A stretch of 64,000 nt of DNA from an uncultured delta proteobacterium (GTDB lineage: Bacteria; Myxococcota; Myxococcia; Myxococcales; Anaeromyxobacteraceae), in assembly GCA_963828255.1 (NCBI GenBank), contig CAWHDZ010000003.1:1-64000 (forward strand). The letters run 5' to 3'. Shown here one piece after another: positions 10,210 to 19,981 of the stretch. How positions within the stretch are numbered: the stretch's first letter is position 1; each line of letters opens with the position of its first letter. The notes under the pieces are model-generated. The model was not told where the DNA came from. It worked only from the letters and a program-made list of their open reading frames with translations, and ran no database searches. Made by a program: the position numbers and the translations under genes.

Positions 10210-12003
10210 TCACCTGGAGGGGGCGTCGGGTCCGGAGGCAGCCGGGGTCGGCGGCAGCCCGAGGGAGAAGCGCGCCCGCTCCCGCTCGAGCGCCACCTCG
10301 CCCCGCTCCTCGGGGTGCTCGCGGAGCCAGAGGACCATCTCGTCGGGCTCCCAGGCGTAGGGCTTTCCGTCGAGGAAGACCAGGCCGTCGTCCACGGCGC
10401 GGGTGGCCTCGAGGAGGGGCATCTCGCCGAGGTCCCGGATGAGCGCCTCGAAGCGCCCCTGCCGCTCCGCGTCCACGAAGGAGAAGTGGTGCCGTCCGGC
10501 GAAGGCGGTGTGGTAGTGCGCCGGCCGGTAGACCACGCCGCTGAGCTGCAGGCGGAGCGCCATGAGCGCGAGCAGCTCGCCGGTCTCGCGGGCCAGCCCC
10601 AGCCCAGGGACCTCCTGTCCCGGCAGCCGCGGGCGCAGCAGGCTGAACTGGGCGCGGGGGTGGCGCAGCGAGAGCCAGTGGACGTAGAGCACCGGGTGCC
10701 CGACCACGCGCTTGCGCTCGAGCACCAGCTCCATGAGCACCTGCTCCTGGCCGTCGGACTCCCCGTGAACGCGGATCAGCTCGCCGGGGAACTGGCTGCC
10801 GACCTCGACCCGGAAGGAGTCGTAGCCGAGGCGCCGGAGCTGGTCGAGGATGCCGAAACGCTGCAGCGCGAACTCGATCCCGGCCTCGGTGTAGAAGCCG
10901 AGCAGCAGCCGCTGGCGGGTGGGGCGCATTCCCAGCGACTCGGCAAGGTCGTCGGCGGTGAGCTCCCCGCTGGCCCCTGCGGAGTCGGAGAGGGCTTGCT
11001 TCGACAGCTGGGCCGCGATCCCCGCGAACCGCTTCCCGATGGGGTCGTAGTCCTCCGGGATCGGATCGAGCGAGCCGGTGGAGAGTGCCAGACCCACGCC
11101 GGCCAGCGCCTTCCAGGCGTTCCGGCTGTACCCGCCGCCCGGCAGCCAGACAGACGGGACACCCTCCAGATGGGCGGCCACCGCGACGTTGCGCATGCGC
11201 TCTCCACCCAGGGTGAGGTCGAGCTTCCCCATGCGATCGCCACGCAGGACGTCGCCGCCGGCGATGACGAAGACGAGGCCGGCGGGCGGCATCCGCCGGA
11301 GGAGCGCGCCCAGCTCCTCGAGGTAGCGGGCGTTTCCCGTGCCCTCGGGCAGAAGGACCTCGTCGACGCCGGGGAGCGGGCCCCAGTCGGATCCGGAGAT
11401 GGAGCCGATCCAGTGGTCCGGATCGGAGGCGAGGCAGGCCGCGACGCCGTCGGGCGGATGGGCGTCGAGGTCGAGGACCGCCACCCGTCCTGCGAAGCCG
11501 TCGGCACGGACCGAGGCGATGGCGACGGCGATGTCGTTCACCGGGCAGTTCCCGCCGGCCGACGACGGGCCGGCGTGGTGGAAGCCGCCGAGCAGGTTGA
11601 GCTGGGGTTTGGCGCGCCGCAGCGCCTCGCCGGCGGCCTGGATGGTGGCGCCGGTGGCGAGACGGACCGTGCGCATCACCTCGTCCACCGGGACGTCGGA
11701 GGGGTCCACGCCGAAGACCGCGGCCACGTTCTCCGGGCGCGACATCGACTCGAGGAGCGCCGCGTCGTGGACGCGGGCCAGCTCGGCGTAGGAGGCGCGC
11801 CGGGGAGAGCGCCACCAGGAACCCGCCACGGCCTTGCTCTCGGAGAGCCACCAGGCCGCGAAGTCGGCGCGGCGGGTGTCGAGCCCGGAGAACTCCAGGC
11901 CGGTGAAGGGCAGCCGGTAGGCCGGGTCGTACCAGACGTCCACCTCGCGCCGCTTGAGCAGGCAGCGGAGGCGGTAGAGGAGTGCCCGTGGGCCGACGCC
12001 CAT
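10210..12003 (-). CDS. Histone deacetylase / AcuC-like protein with a C-terminal extension
   Basis: GGFHHA, NDIAVA, LDLDAH, GGD and GGGY HDAC-family motifs. About 250 aa of extra C-terminal sequence. Confidence 0.85.
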   Translation of the reverse strand: MGVGPRALLYRLRCLLKRREVDVWYDPAYRLPFTGLEFSGLDTRRADFAAWWLSESKAVAGSWWRSPRRASYAELARVHDAALLESMSRPENVAAVFGVDPSDVPVDEVMRTVRLATGATIQAAGEALRRAKPQLNLLGGFHHAGPSSAGGNCPVNDIAVAIASVRADGFAGRVAVLDLDAHPPDGVAACLASDPDHWIGSISGSDWGPLPGVDEVLLPEGTGNARYLEELGALLRRMPPAGLVFVIAGGDVLRGDRMGKLDLTLGGERMRNVAVAAHLEGVPSVWLPGGGYSRNAWKALAGVGLALSTGSLDPIPEDYDPIGKRFAGIAAQLSKQALSDSAGASGELTADDLAESLGMRPTRQRLLLGFYTEAGIEFALQRFGILDQLRRLGYDSFRVEVGSQFPGELIRVHGESDGQEQVLMELVLERKRVVGHPVLYVHWLSLRHPRAQFSLLRPRLPGQEVPGLGLARETGELLALMALRLQLSGVVYRPAHYHTAFAGRHHFSFVDAERQGRFEALIRDLGEMPLLEATRAVDDGLVFLDGKPYAWEPDEMVLWLREHPEERGEVALERERARFSLGLPPTPAASGPDAPSR

Positions 12004-12019
12004 GACGGGGGGTGACCGG

Positions 12020-12289
12020 CTACTTCGCCGCCCCGGGTGCGGGCGAGGGGTCTGCGCGCTGGCGGCGCTGCAGGGTGAAGCCCAGGTAGGCGTCGACGCC
12101 GATCCAGGCCACGGCGAGCCAGGAGGCCACGATGAGGGTCTTCAACGCGCGGAGCACGTCCCCGGTGGCGAGCAGCACCCCGTCGCGCGGGAAGAAGACC
12201 AGGTCGAGGTACTTCCAGGGCATCGCGTAGAGCGTGTAGACGAGCAGCAGCGCGAACACCACGATGCGTACGACGGCGAGGGTCCTCAT
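12020..12289 (-). CDS. Small membrane protein (2 TM)
   Basis: Two hydrophobic stretches. GGAGG-like RBS upstream. Confidence 0.6.
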   Translation of the reverse strand: MRTLAVVRIVVFALLLVYTLYAMPWKYLDLVFFPRDGVLLATGDVLRALKTLIVASWLAVAWIGVDAYLGFTLQRRQRADPSPAPGAAK

Positions 12290-12366
12290 CCGCTTCCTCC
12301 CTGCCTTTGACCTTAGCACGCGACGTCGCGGGCGCTATGCTCGCGGCGGCGGCCCAGGGAGGTCTG

Positions 12367-13230
12367 GTGACGGAGATCGGAGAGCTGACGGAGGCGTGCG
12401 CGGAGGCGGCCCGGCGAGGCGGCGCGGTGCTGCGCGAGAAGTGGGGGACGCGGCGCACCATCGATTACAAGGGTGGCATCGACCTCGTCACCGACGCAGA
12501 CCGGGCCAGCGAGGAGGTGCTCCTCGAGTTCCTGGTGGGGCGCTTCCCGGGGAGCGCCGTCCTCGCCGAGGAGTCGGGGGCGCGGGCGGCGCGGGCCGGT
12601 GTGGCGGGAGACGGGCTGTGCTGGTTCGTCGATCCTCTCGACGGCACCACCAACTACGCGCACGGGGTGCCCCACTTCGCCGTGAACGTGGCGGTGTCCG
12701 ACGGAGCGGGGATCGCGGCGGGGGCGACGCTCGACCCGCTGCGGGGGGAGCTGTACGTCGCGGGGCGCGGGGAGGGCGCGTGGCTCGGCGCGGAGCGGTT
12801 GCGGGTGTCGGAGACGACGGAGCTGAAGCGGGCGCTCCTCTGCACCGGGTTCCCCTACGACATCCAGCAGGACCCCGACCCGCTGCTCCGGCTCTTCCGG
12901 GCCTACATCCAGCGGGCGAGGGCGGTGCGGAGGTTCGGGGCGGCGGCGCTCGACCTGGCCTACGTGGCGAGCGGGCGGTTCGACGGGTTCTGGGAGGCGC
13001 GGCTGAAGGCGTGGGACGTGGCGCCGGGGATCCTGCTGGTGCGGGAGGCGGGTGGGGCGGTCGCCGATTTCACGGGAGGTGAAGACATGCTCCACGGCGG
13101 GACGATCTGCGCGGCCGGGCCGGCGCTGCAGCGTTTGCTCCTCGAGGTCCTCGCCGAGGTGCGGGGGGATCAGGGGGCGGGGGCGGGAGAGGGAACGGCC
13201 GGCTCGGGCGACGCGAAGGCGAGCCGGTAG
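12367..13230 (+). CDS. suhB: Inositol monophosphatase family
   Basis: DLVTDAD, WFVDPLDGTTNY, GAAALDLAYVASG, WDVAPG. Start uncertain. Confidence 0.88.
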   Translation: MTEIGELTEACAEAARRGGAVLREKWGTRRTIDYKGGIDLVTDADRASEEVLLEFLVGRFPGSAVLAEESGARAARAGVAGDGLCWFVDPLDGTTNYAHGVPHFAVNVAVSDGAGIAAGATLDPLRGELYVAGRGEGAWLGAERLRVSETTELKRALLCTGFPYDIQQDPDPLLRLFRAYIQRARAVRRFGAAALDLAYVASGRFDGFWEARLKAWDVAPGILLVREAGGAVADFTGGEDMLHGGTICAAGPALQRLLLEVLAEVRGDQGAGAGEGTAGSGDAKASR

Positions 13231-14114
13231 ACGGAGTCGGGGTCGACGTAGAGGTCGACCACCTTGATTCCGAAGTGCAGGTGCGGGCCGGTGACGCGTC
13301 CGGTCGCGCCGACCTTGCCGATCTGCTGTCCGCGACGGACCTGTTCGCGGTGCCGGACGTCGAAGTCGGAGAGGTGAAAGTAGACCGAGAAGAGGCCGGC
13401 GCCGTGGGCGATGGCGACGCTCTTTCCCGAGGCAAAACAGTCACGTACGAGCACCACGACGCCGTCGTTCGTGGCCAGGACCGGGTCGCCGACGGCCCCG
13501 GACAAATCCGTCCCGTAGTGCTGGCTCTGCTTCTTCCCGTTGAAGACCCGGCGCTCTCCGAACTGGCCGGTGACCCGCGCATCGCGTGGCGGGCCGAATG
13601 GACCGACGAAGAGGGGAGGCTCGAAGGGACGGGAGAAAGCCTCGCGGAAGGCGGCCTGGTCTTCCTCCATTCGTCGCTTCTGTTCGGGGGAGGGTGCGAT
13701 GAACCTGGGCTCGACGGCGAGCTGGGTCTCGGGGAATGCGGGGTCGACGACCTCGACCGAGGCGATGAGCGGGTCGCGGCGGCCGGCGAGGCGAACCTCG
13801 ACCTTGAGGGTCCCGGGTTCGAGCTCGACCGGCAGGGCGGCGATCGCCTGGAGGCCCGCGGGGGTCGGGAAGAAGTGGAGGCGGCGGACGGGGGTGGCGC
13901 CTGGCACCGCGACGAGCACGGTGCCGGACGTGGAGGAGGCCGAAGAAGGCGAGACGTCGGTCACGGTGACCAGGAGCGCGTCGCCCGGCCGGGCGCGCCC
14001 GGGGGAGACGCGGACCGTGGGTGTCTTCGACGGACCTGGATCGGTCGGAAACGCCGGCGCCACGAGCAAGGCGACGGCGGCGACCGCGAGGATTCTGAAG
14101 TAATGTCGAGCCAT
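13170..14114 (-). CDS. M23 family metallopeptidase
   Basis: HYGTD (HxxxD), YFHLS, GRVTGPHLHF and a signal-like N-terminus. Confidence 0.88.
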   Translation of the reverse strand: MARHYFRILAVAAVALLVAPAFPTDPGPSKTPTVRVSPGRARPGDALLVTVTDVSPSSASSTSGTVLVAVPGATPVRRLHFFPTPAGLQAIAALPVELEPGTLKVEVRLAGRRDPLIASVEVVDPAFPETQLAVEPRFIAPSPEQKRRMEEDQAAFREAFSRPFEPPLFVGPFGPPRDARVTGQFGERRVFNGKKQSQHYGTDLSGAVGDPVLATNDGVVVLVRDCFASGKSVAIAHGAGLFSVYFHLSDFDVRHREQVRRGQQIGKVGATGRVTGPHLHFGIKVVDLYVDPDSVYRLAFASPEPAVPSPAPAP

Positions 14115-15231
14115 GGACGCCTTCAAGCCGCACCTTTCTGGACTGGCCGCCTACCCCTACAGGAAGGTCGAAGCGGCGATCAAGCTGGACCAGAACGAAA
14201 GCCCCTGGGACCTTCCGGAAGACCTCAAGAATCGTGCGCTGGAGCGGATGCGCCACGCACCGTGGAACCGATACCCGGACATGCACGCGGAGAGTGTCCG
14301 GGCCAGCGTCGCCCGATTCCTGGACTGGCCCGAGGAGGGGATCGTCGTCGCGCCCGGTTCGAACTTCCTCATCCTCGCGCTGGCCCAGGCGGCGAACAGG
14401 GTCCTCGACACCTCTCCATCGTTCGCATTCTACGAGGGAGCCGCGCGGGTGACCGGCACGCCGTACACGTCGGTGCCCCTGGGGCCGGACTTCGGACTTC
14501 CGGTGGACGAGTTGGTCCGCGAGATGGACCAGGGGGCGCCGGGGGTGGTGTTCGTCGCGACGCCCCACGCTCCGACCGGCGCGGTCTTCCCGGTGCCGGA
14601 CGTGGCCCGGGTGGCCGAGAAGGCCAGGGAGCGCGGGTGGATCCTGGCCGTCGACGAGGCCTACTGCCAGTTCTCCGGCACCGACCTGCGTCCGCTCGCC
14701 CGAGGGAATCCAAGCGTGGTCATCCTGAGAACTTTCTCGAAGGCTTTCGGGCTGGGAGGAGTGCGCGCCGGGTTCCTTCTCGCGGTGCCGGACGTGGCGG
14801 TGAAGCTGCAAGCGATGCTCCCGCCCTTCGACGTTCCGGTCCACACTGCCGCCGTGCTCGAGACCGTCCTCGAGGCGCCGGGCCGAGCCGCCGACATCGG
14901 GGTCCTCCTGGCCGCTGAGAGGGACCGGGTGCTCGCCGACCTCGATCGTCACCCGACATGGCGCCCTCACCCGAGCCGCGCGAACTTCTTCCTCGTCCGC
15001 ACGCCGGATGCGGAGGTCGCCTGGCGGTCCCTCCTGACGCGCGGGATCCTCGTCCGGCGCCAAGACCACCTCCCCGGACTGAACGGATGCCTGCGGGTGT
15101 CGGTAGGCACTCCGGCCCAGAACGACGCGTTCCTGAAGGCGGCCTTCGAGGCGGTGGAGGACGACCCCGCCGGGCCCGGCCTCGGCGATACGGCCCGAAA
15201 CAGGCCTGCGCCGGACCCCGAGCCTAGCTAG
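14113..15231 (+). CDS. hisC: Histidinol-phosphate aminotransferase family
   Basis: IKLDQNESP, NRYPD, VDEAY, LRTFSKAFGLGGVRAG, ANFFL, LRVSVGT. Confidence 0.85.
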   Translation: MDAFKPHLSGLAAYPYRKVEAAIKLDQNESPWDLPEDLKNRALERMRHAPWNRYPDMHAESVRASVARFLDWPEEGIVVAPGSNFLILALAQAANRVLDTSPSFAFYEGAARVTGTPYTSVPLGPDFGLPVDELVREMDQGAPGVVFVATPHAPTGAVFPVPDVARVAEKARERGWILAVDEAYCQFSGTDLRPLARGNPSVVILRTFSKAFGLGGVRAGFLLAVPDVAVKLQAMLPPFDVPVHTAAVLETVLEAPGRAADIGVLLAAERDRVLADLDRHPTWRPHPSRANFFLVRTPDAEVAWRSLLTRGILVRRQDHLPGLNGCLRVSVGTPAQNDAFLKAAFEAVEDDPAGPGLGDTARNRPAPDPEPS

Positions 15232-15338
15232 AGCCTCCATGTCCGGTCTTCGCCAGCGTGCAGGTCCACCGCGCGCTGGTCGATGTCCGGCACCGACGAC
15301 GCACCGAGGCACCGACGACCCTGGAGGGAGCAAGCACC

Positions 15339-15764
15339 ATGGCAATTCCGTGGACCCCGGCACTCGCGATCGGCGTCCCCGAAATCGACCACCAGCACCA
15401 GGAACTGTTCCTCCGGATCGAGCGTCTCGTCCAGGGGATGTCGCGCGGCGACGCCGCGGACATCGCGCGTCTCCTAGAGTTCCTGGGGCAGTACGTCGTG
15501 AAGCACTTCGGGGCCGAGGAGCGATGGATGCTTCGAAGCGCCTATCCGGATTACGTCCGCCACAAGGCCGAGCACGAGAGATTCATTCGCGACTACGAGC
15601 AGATGACCCGGGAGTTCCGGGAAAAGGGACCGAACGTCCTGGCGGGAATCCGGATGAACAACTGGATCGCCGAATGGCTCAAGCAACACATCAGCCGGTC
15701 CGACATGGAACTCGGCCGGTTTCTCGCCACGAAGGTGGTGAGCGGCGACCTCGACGGGCCTTGA
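15339..15764 (+). CDS. Bacteriohemerythrin
   Basis: GVPEIDHQH, HFGAEE, HKAEH, WLKQHISRSD di-iron ligand pattern. Confidence 0.92.
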   Translation: MAIPWTPALAIGVPEIDHQHQELFLRIERLVQGMSRGDAADIARLLEFLGQYVVKHFGAEERWMLRSAYPDYVRHKAEHERFIRDYEQMTREFREKGPNVLAGIRMNNWIAEWLKQHISRSDMELGRFLATKVVSGDLDGP

Positions 15765-15797
15765 CGGCCCCGGGTCGCCGCCAGACCTACGCGAGGG

Positions 15798-16001
15798 TCA
15801 GGACTCGACCTTGAACCCGATGCGGACGGTCACCTGGAACTCGGAGACCTCGCCGCCCTTCACGGCGCCGCGGATCTCGGCGACCTCGAACCAGCTGACG
15901 TTTCGAACCGACTTGCTCGCGCCGGCAACCGCCGACTTGATGGCGTCAGCGACGCTCTTCGACGAAGTGCCGACGACCTCGATCTTCTTGTAGGTGGCCA
16001 A
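15798..16001 (-). CDS. Dodecin (flavin-binding)
   Basis: TTG start. YKKIEVVGTS...AI..A...RNVSWFEVAEIRG...EFQVTVRIGF. Confidence 0.9.
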   Translation of the reverse strand: MATYKKIEVVGTSSKSVADAIKSAVAGASKSVRNVSWFEVAEIRGAVKGGEVSEFQVTVRIGFKVES

Positions 16002-16226
16002 GGTTCGCTTCCTTTCGTGCTGCCTTGAGGGGTGGGAGGGAAGAAGATAGGACAGCTGGATTCTAACGTCCCGGCCCACGTCCGGCACCACGTCGGGCAC
16101 CACGTCGGCACCGGGTCCGCTCGCCGGACGCACGCTGGACGAGGCGCGCCACTTGACTCGCCGCGCCTGCGGCCGGTAGGTAGGCGTGGGGGGGACCCGG
16201 TTTTTCCCGAGGGACCACGAGGGCAA

Positions 16227-17765
16227 ATGGCTGATCTCTTTGACAAGTGTGCCGCCTGGAAGGACGCGCAGGTACTCAAGCTTGCGGGTCACTACCCGTA
16301 CTACCGGGTCATCCAGGAGACGAACGGCACGGAGGTGGTGGTCGACGGCAAGCGCCTCATCATGGCTTGCTCGAACAACTACCTGGGGCTGGCCAACGAC
16401 CCGCGCGTGATGGAGGCGGCCGCCGAGGCCGCTCGCCGCTGGGGCGCATCGACGTGCGGCTCGCGCGTCCTGAACGGGTCGATGACCCTTCACGACGAAC
16501 TCGACCATCGACTCGCGGAATTCCTGGGGAAGGAAGCCGCGGTGGTCTTTTCCACGGGCTTCGGGACCAACCTGGGGACCATCTCGTCTCTCGTCCTCCG
16601 GCACGACATGATCTTCGCGGACCGGATGGTCCACGCCTCCCTCGTCGAAGGCATGCAGGCTGCCTACGGCGAAACGAAGCGCTTCCGGCACAACAACATG
16701 GAGGACCTGGAGCGGCTCCTCGCCAACGCCGAGCCGAACGCCGGGAAGCTCATCGTCGTCGACGGCGTCTACTCCATGGAGGGGGACCTCGCGAACCTGC
16801 CTGCCATCGCCGAGCTGAAGCGGAAGTACGGCGCACGGCTCATGGTCGACGAGGCGCACGGGTTCGGCGTCATGGGCCCGGGCGGCAAGGGCACCGGCGA
16901 GCATTTCGGGGTCCACGACGACGTGGACCTCATCATGACGACCTTCTCCAAGTCGCTCGCCTCGATCGGCGGCGTCATCGCGGGGCCTGCCGACGTCATC
17001 AACTGGATCAAGCACAAGGCCCGGGCGCTGGTCTTCAGCGCGTCCATGACCCCGTCCTCGGCGGCAGCGGCCCTGAAGGCCCTCGAGATCATCCAGCAGG
17101 AGCCGGAACGTCGGGAACGGCTCTGGGACATCTCCGAGCGCGTCCACCGGGAGCTCCGAGGAATGGGATTCGACACCCAGCCGTCGGTCTCGCCCGTGGT
17201 GCCGGTGGTGATCGGAGATCAGGCCCTGACCTTCAAGTTCTGGAGGAAACTCACCGACCTGGGCCTGTTTGCGAGCCCGGTCGTGAAGCCCGCAGTCGAG
17301 AAGGAACTCGTCCGGACCGTCTTCATGGCCACCCACACGGACGACCAGATCGACCGCGCCCTGGAGATGTTCCAGAAGGCTGGCAGGGACCTCGGCGTCA
17401 TCCCGGCCGAGCGACCGCATACCCGCGTCGAGGTGAAGATGGCCCGTCCCGGCGTGACGGGCTTCTACTCCTCCCACGAGGGGGACACGACCGCGACCGG
17501 GACCCAGGACGGTGGCGCCCGCCTCGAGATCCTCGACGTGCTCACCCAGGCGGACGAGCCGTGGTCCCGGCGGTTGTCCAATGCCGCCGAGATGATCACC
17601 TGGAAGGCGATCAACGCGGGCCCCGAGGACTACCTGCAACTCAAGGAACTTCCGTTCAAGCTCTGGGACAAGCGGCGGCAGCTTCCGACCATGCTCCTCT
17701 CCGCGGGCATGAACTTCATGGCTCGCCGGCAGCAGAACGGCAGCGACAACCAGCGGGACGCCTGA
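16227..17765 (+). CDS. spt: Serine palmitoyltransferase-like alpha-oxoamine synthase with C-terminal extension
   Basis: SNNYLGL, GSRVLNGS, DGVYSMEGD, DEAHG, TFSKSLASIGG (PLP Lys). Adjacent to bCerS- and CerR-like genes. Confidence 0.8.
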   Translation: MADLFDKCAAWKDAQVLKLAGHYPYYRVIQETNGTEVVVDGKRLIMACSNNYLGLANDPRVMEAAAEAARRWGASTCGSRVLNGSMTLHDELDHRLAEFLGKEAAVVFSTGFGTNLGTISSLVLRHDMIFADRMVHASLVEGMQAAYGETKRFRHNNMEDLERLLANAEPNAGKLIVVDGVYSMEGDLANLPAIAELKRKYGARLMVDEAHGFGVMGPGGKGTGEHFGVHDDVDLIMTTFSKSLASIGGVIAGPADVINWIKHKARALVFSASMTPSSAAAALKALEIIQQEPERRERLWDISERVHRELRGMGFDTQPSVSPVVPVVIGDQALTFKFWRKLTDLGLFASPVVKPAVEKELVRTVFMATHTDDQIDRALEMFQKAGRDLGVIPAERPHTRVEVKMARPGVTGFYSSHEGDTTATGTQDGGARLEILDVLTQADEPWSRRLSNAAEMITWKAINAGPEDYLQLKELPFKLWDKRRQLPTMLLSAGMNFMARRQQNGSDNQRDA

Positions 17766-17794
17766 CGCGTTCCCCCCACCGTCAGGACCCTGCC

Positions 17795-18976
17795 ATGAAC
17801 AGACCCGTCGTCGTGCCGGACATCACCGAGGTCGCCCATCCCGCCAAGGACGTCGAGGTATCCCTCGTCACGTCCGGCCTCGACAAGGACCGGTTCATCC
17901 GGTTGCCCTTCGAGCTCTACCGCGATGACCCGTTCTGGGTCCCGCCGCTCGTCATGGAACGGCACGAGTTCCTCGACTCGTCCAAGAACCCCTTCTTCCG
18001 CCACGCCGAGGTGGCGCTGTTCCTGGCGCGTCGGGACGGAAAGCTGGTCGGGCGGATCGCGGCCGTCGAGGACCGGAACTACAACGCCTTTCACGGGTGC
18101 AAGGTCGCGTATTTTGGGCTCTTCGAATGCATCGACGACCCCGGTGTCGCCGCCGCCCTGGTCGCCGCTGCAAAGAACTGGGCCCGCTGGCGCGGACTGG
18201 CCCAGCTCATCGGGCCGATGAACCTGTCGACCAACCAGGAATGTGGCCTGCTGGTCGACGGATTCGACTCGTCGCCCTACGTGATGATGCCGTACAACCC
18301 GCCCTACTACGCCGACCTGGTCGAGGCCTGTGGATTCCGGAAGGCGAAGGACCTGTTCGCGTTCGAGCGGTCGGCGAAGGTGCCGGCGCCGGAGCGGTTC
18401 ATCCGCGTCGCCGACAAGATCCGGGCACACGAGGGAATCACGGTTCGCCCCCTGGACGTCGCCAACTTCGAGGCCGAGGTGGTCCGGATCAAGGCGGTCT
18501 ACAATTCCGCCTGGGAGAAGAACTGGGGATTCGTCCCCATGACCGACGCCGAGTTCGACAAGCTGGCGAAGGACCTGAAGCAACTGGTGGTGCCGGAGTT
18601 GGCGCTCATTGCGGAGGCCCACGGGGAGCCCATTGCCTTCTCGCTCACGGTGCCGGACATCAACCAGGCCTTCAAGAAGGTCGGTGGTCAGCTGACGACC
18701 TTCGGGCTTCCCATCGGGCTCGCGAAGCTTCTTTGGTTCCAGAAGCGGATCACAAAGGTCCGGCTCATGGCCCTCGGGATCAAGGAAGGCTGGCGCAGGC
18801 GTGGAATCGACGCAGTTCTCATCGTCGAGACCATCCGCCGCGCGGACCAGGCGGGCTACGAGGGAGGCGAAGTCAGCTGGACCCTCGAGGACAACACCCT
18901 CATCAACAAGGCCATCGAATCGGCGGGGGCGAGGCGGTCGAAGGTCTATCGCCTCTACGAAATGCCGGTCGAGTAG
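17795..18976 (+). CDS. GNAT-like protein, probable bacterial ceramide synthase
   Basis: WVPPL, NPFF, VGRIAA, FGLFEC, MMPYNPPYY, NWGFVPMT, SWTLEDN. Lies between spt-like and reductase genes. Confidence 0.75.
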   Translation: MNRPVVVPDITEVAHPAKDVEVSLVTSGLDKDRFIRLPFELYRDDPFWVPPLVMERHEFLDSSKNPFFRHAEVALFLARRDGKLVGRIAAVEDRNYNAFHGCKVAYFGLFECIDDPGVAAALVAAAKNWARWRGLAQLIGPMNLSTNQECGLLVDGFDSSPYVMMPYNPPYYADLVEACGFRKAKDLFAFERSAKVPAPERFIRVADKIRAHEGITVRPLDVANFEAEVVRIKAVYNSAWEKNWGFVPMTDAEFDKLAKDLKQLVVPELALIAEAHGEPIAFSLTVPDINQAFKKVGGQLTTFGLPIGLAKLLWFQKRITKVRLMALGIKEGWRRRGIDAVLIVETIRRADQAGYEGGEVSWTLEDNTLINKAIESAGARRSKVYRLYEMPVE

Positions 18977-18979
18977 GGC

Positions 18980-19972
18980 GTGCGCTGGTTCGTCACCGGG
19001 GCGACCGGCTTCATCGGAACGACCCTCATCGAGCGGCTGGTTGGCCGGGGCGACGAGGTGCGAGCCCTGGTCCGGGACGTCAGTCGCGCGGCGGAATTGG
19101 GGGAGATGGGCGCGGAGCTCGTGCGCGGGGATGTCGCCCGTCCGGATTCGCTCGTGGACGTGGTGCCGGACGTGGACGTGGTGGTGCACCTAGCAGGCCT
19201 CGTCAAGGCGCTGAGCCGGAAGGAGTTCTTCTCGGTCAACGTTGAGGGGACTCGAGCCCTGGCACGGGTCGCGGCTCGGTCGGGTCGGGCAAAATTCGTC
19301 CTTGTGTCGTCATTGGCGGCCGCCGGGCCTTCGACGCCCGGAAAGCCGAGGACCGAAACGGATCGTCCGGCACCGGTCAGCATTTACGGCCAGAGCAAGC
19401 TCGCGGCGGAAGATGCGCTGCGCGCGTTCGCGCCAGCGCTCGACGCCTCGATCATCCGCCCACCGATAGTCTACGGGCCAAGGGACAAGGAGTTCCTGCC
19501 ATCGCTTTTCAGGCTGGCCAGGACAGGCGTGATGCCGAAGTCGGGAATGGGAGTGAAGCACTACAGCCTCATCCACGTGGAAGACCTGGTCGCGATGATC
19601 CTCGACGTGGCCGACCGAGGTGCCCGGGTCGACGAGGCGGGTACGTCCGGGGTCTACTTCTGCGCAGACGGCGTGGACTACACCTGGGAGGCGCTCGCAC
19701 GCGGCGCACTGGGGGCGCTGGGCCGTCGGGGCACGGTCGTGCCCATTCCGGAAGTCATCACGTGGCTCGCGGCCGGAGCATCGTCCGCAGCCGCCCGGAT
19801 CAGCGGACGCCCTGCCATTCTCTCCCTCGACAAGATGATGGAGATTCGTGAGCCGGCGTGGACGTGCTCCTCCGACAAGGCGAGACGGGAGCTCGGGTGG
19901 GCGCCTCGCGTGTCCTTCGTCGACGGGATGAGGGATTCCGTAAAATGGTTCCGGGAGCGCGGGCTCGTCTGA
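18980..19972 (+). CDS. NAD-dependent epimerase/dehydratase, probable ceramide reductase
   Basis: TGATGFIG, VSSLAA, YGQSK, RPPIVYGPRD. Operonic with the two previous genes. Confidence 0.75.
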   Translation: MRWFVTGATGFIGTTLIERLVGRGDEVRALVRDVSRAAELGEMGAELVRGDVARPDSLVDVVPDVDVVVHLAGLVKALSRKEFFSVNVEGTRALARVAARSGRAKFVLVSSLAAAGPSTPGKPRTETDRPAPVSIYGQSKLAAEDALRAFAPALDASIIRPPIVYGPRDKEFLPSLFRLARTGVMPKSGMGVKHYSLIHVEDLVAMILDVADRGARVDEAGTSGVYFCADGVDYTWEALARGALGALGRRGTVVPIPEVITWLAAGASSAAARISGRPAILSLDKMMEIREPAWTCSSDKARRELGWAPRVSFVDGMRDSVKWFRERGLV

Positions 19973-19981
19973 CGGGGCGTG

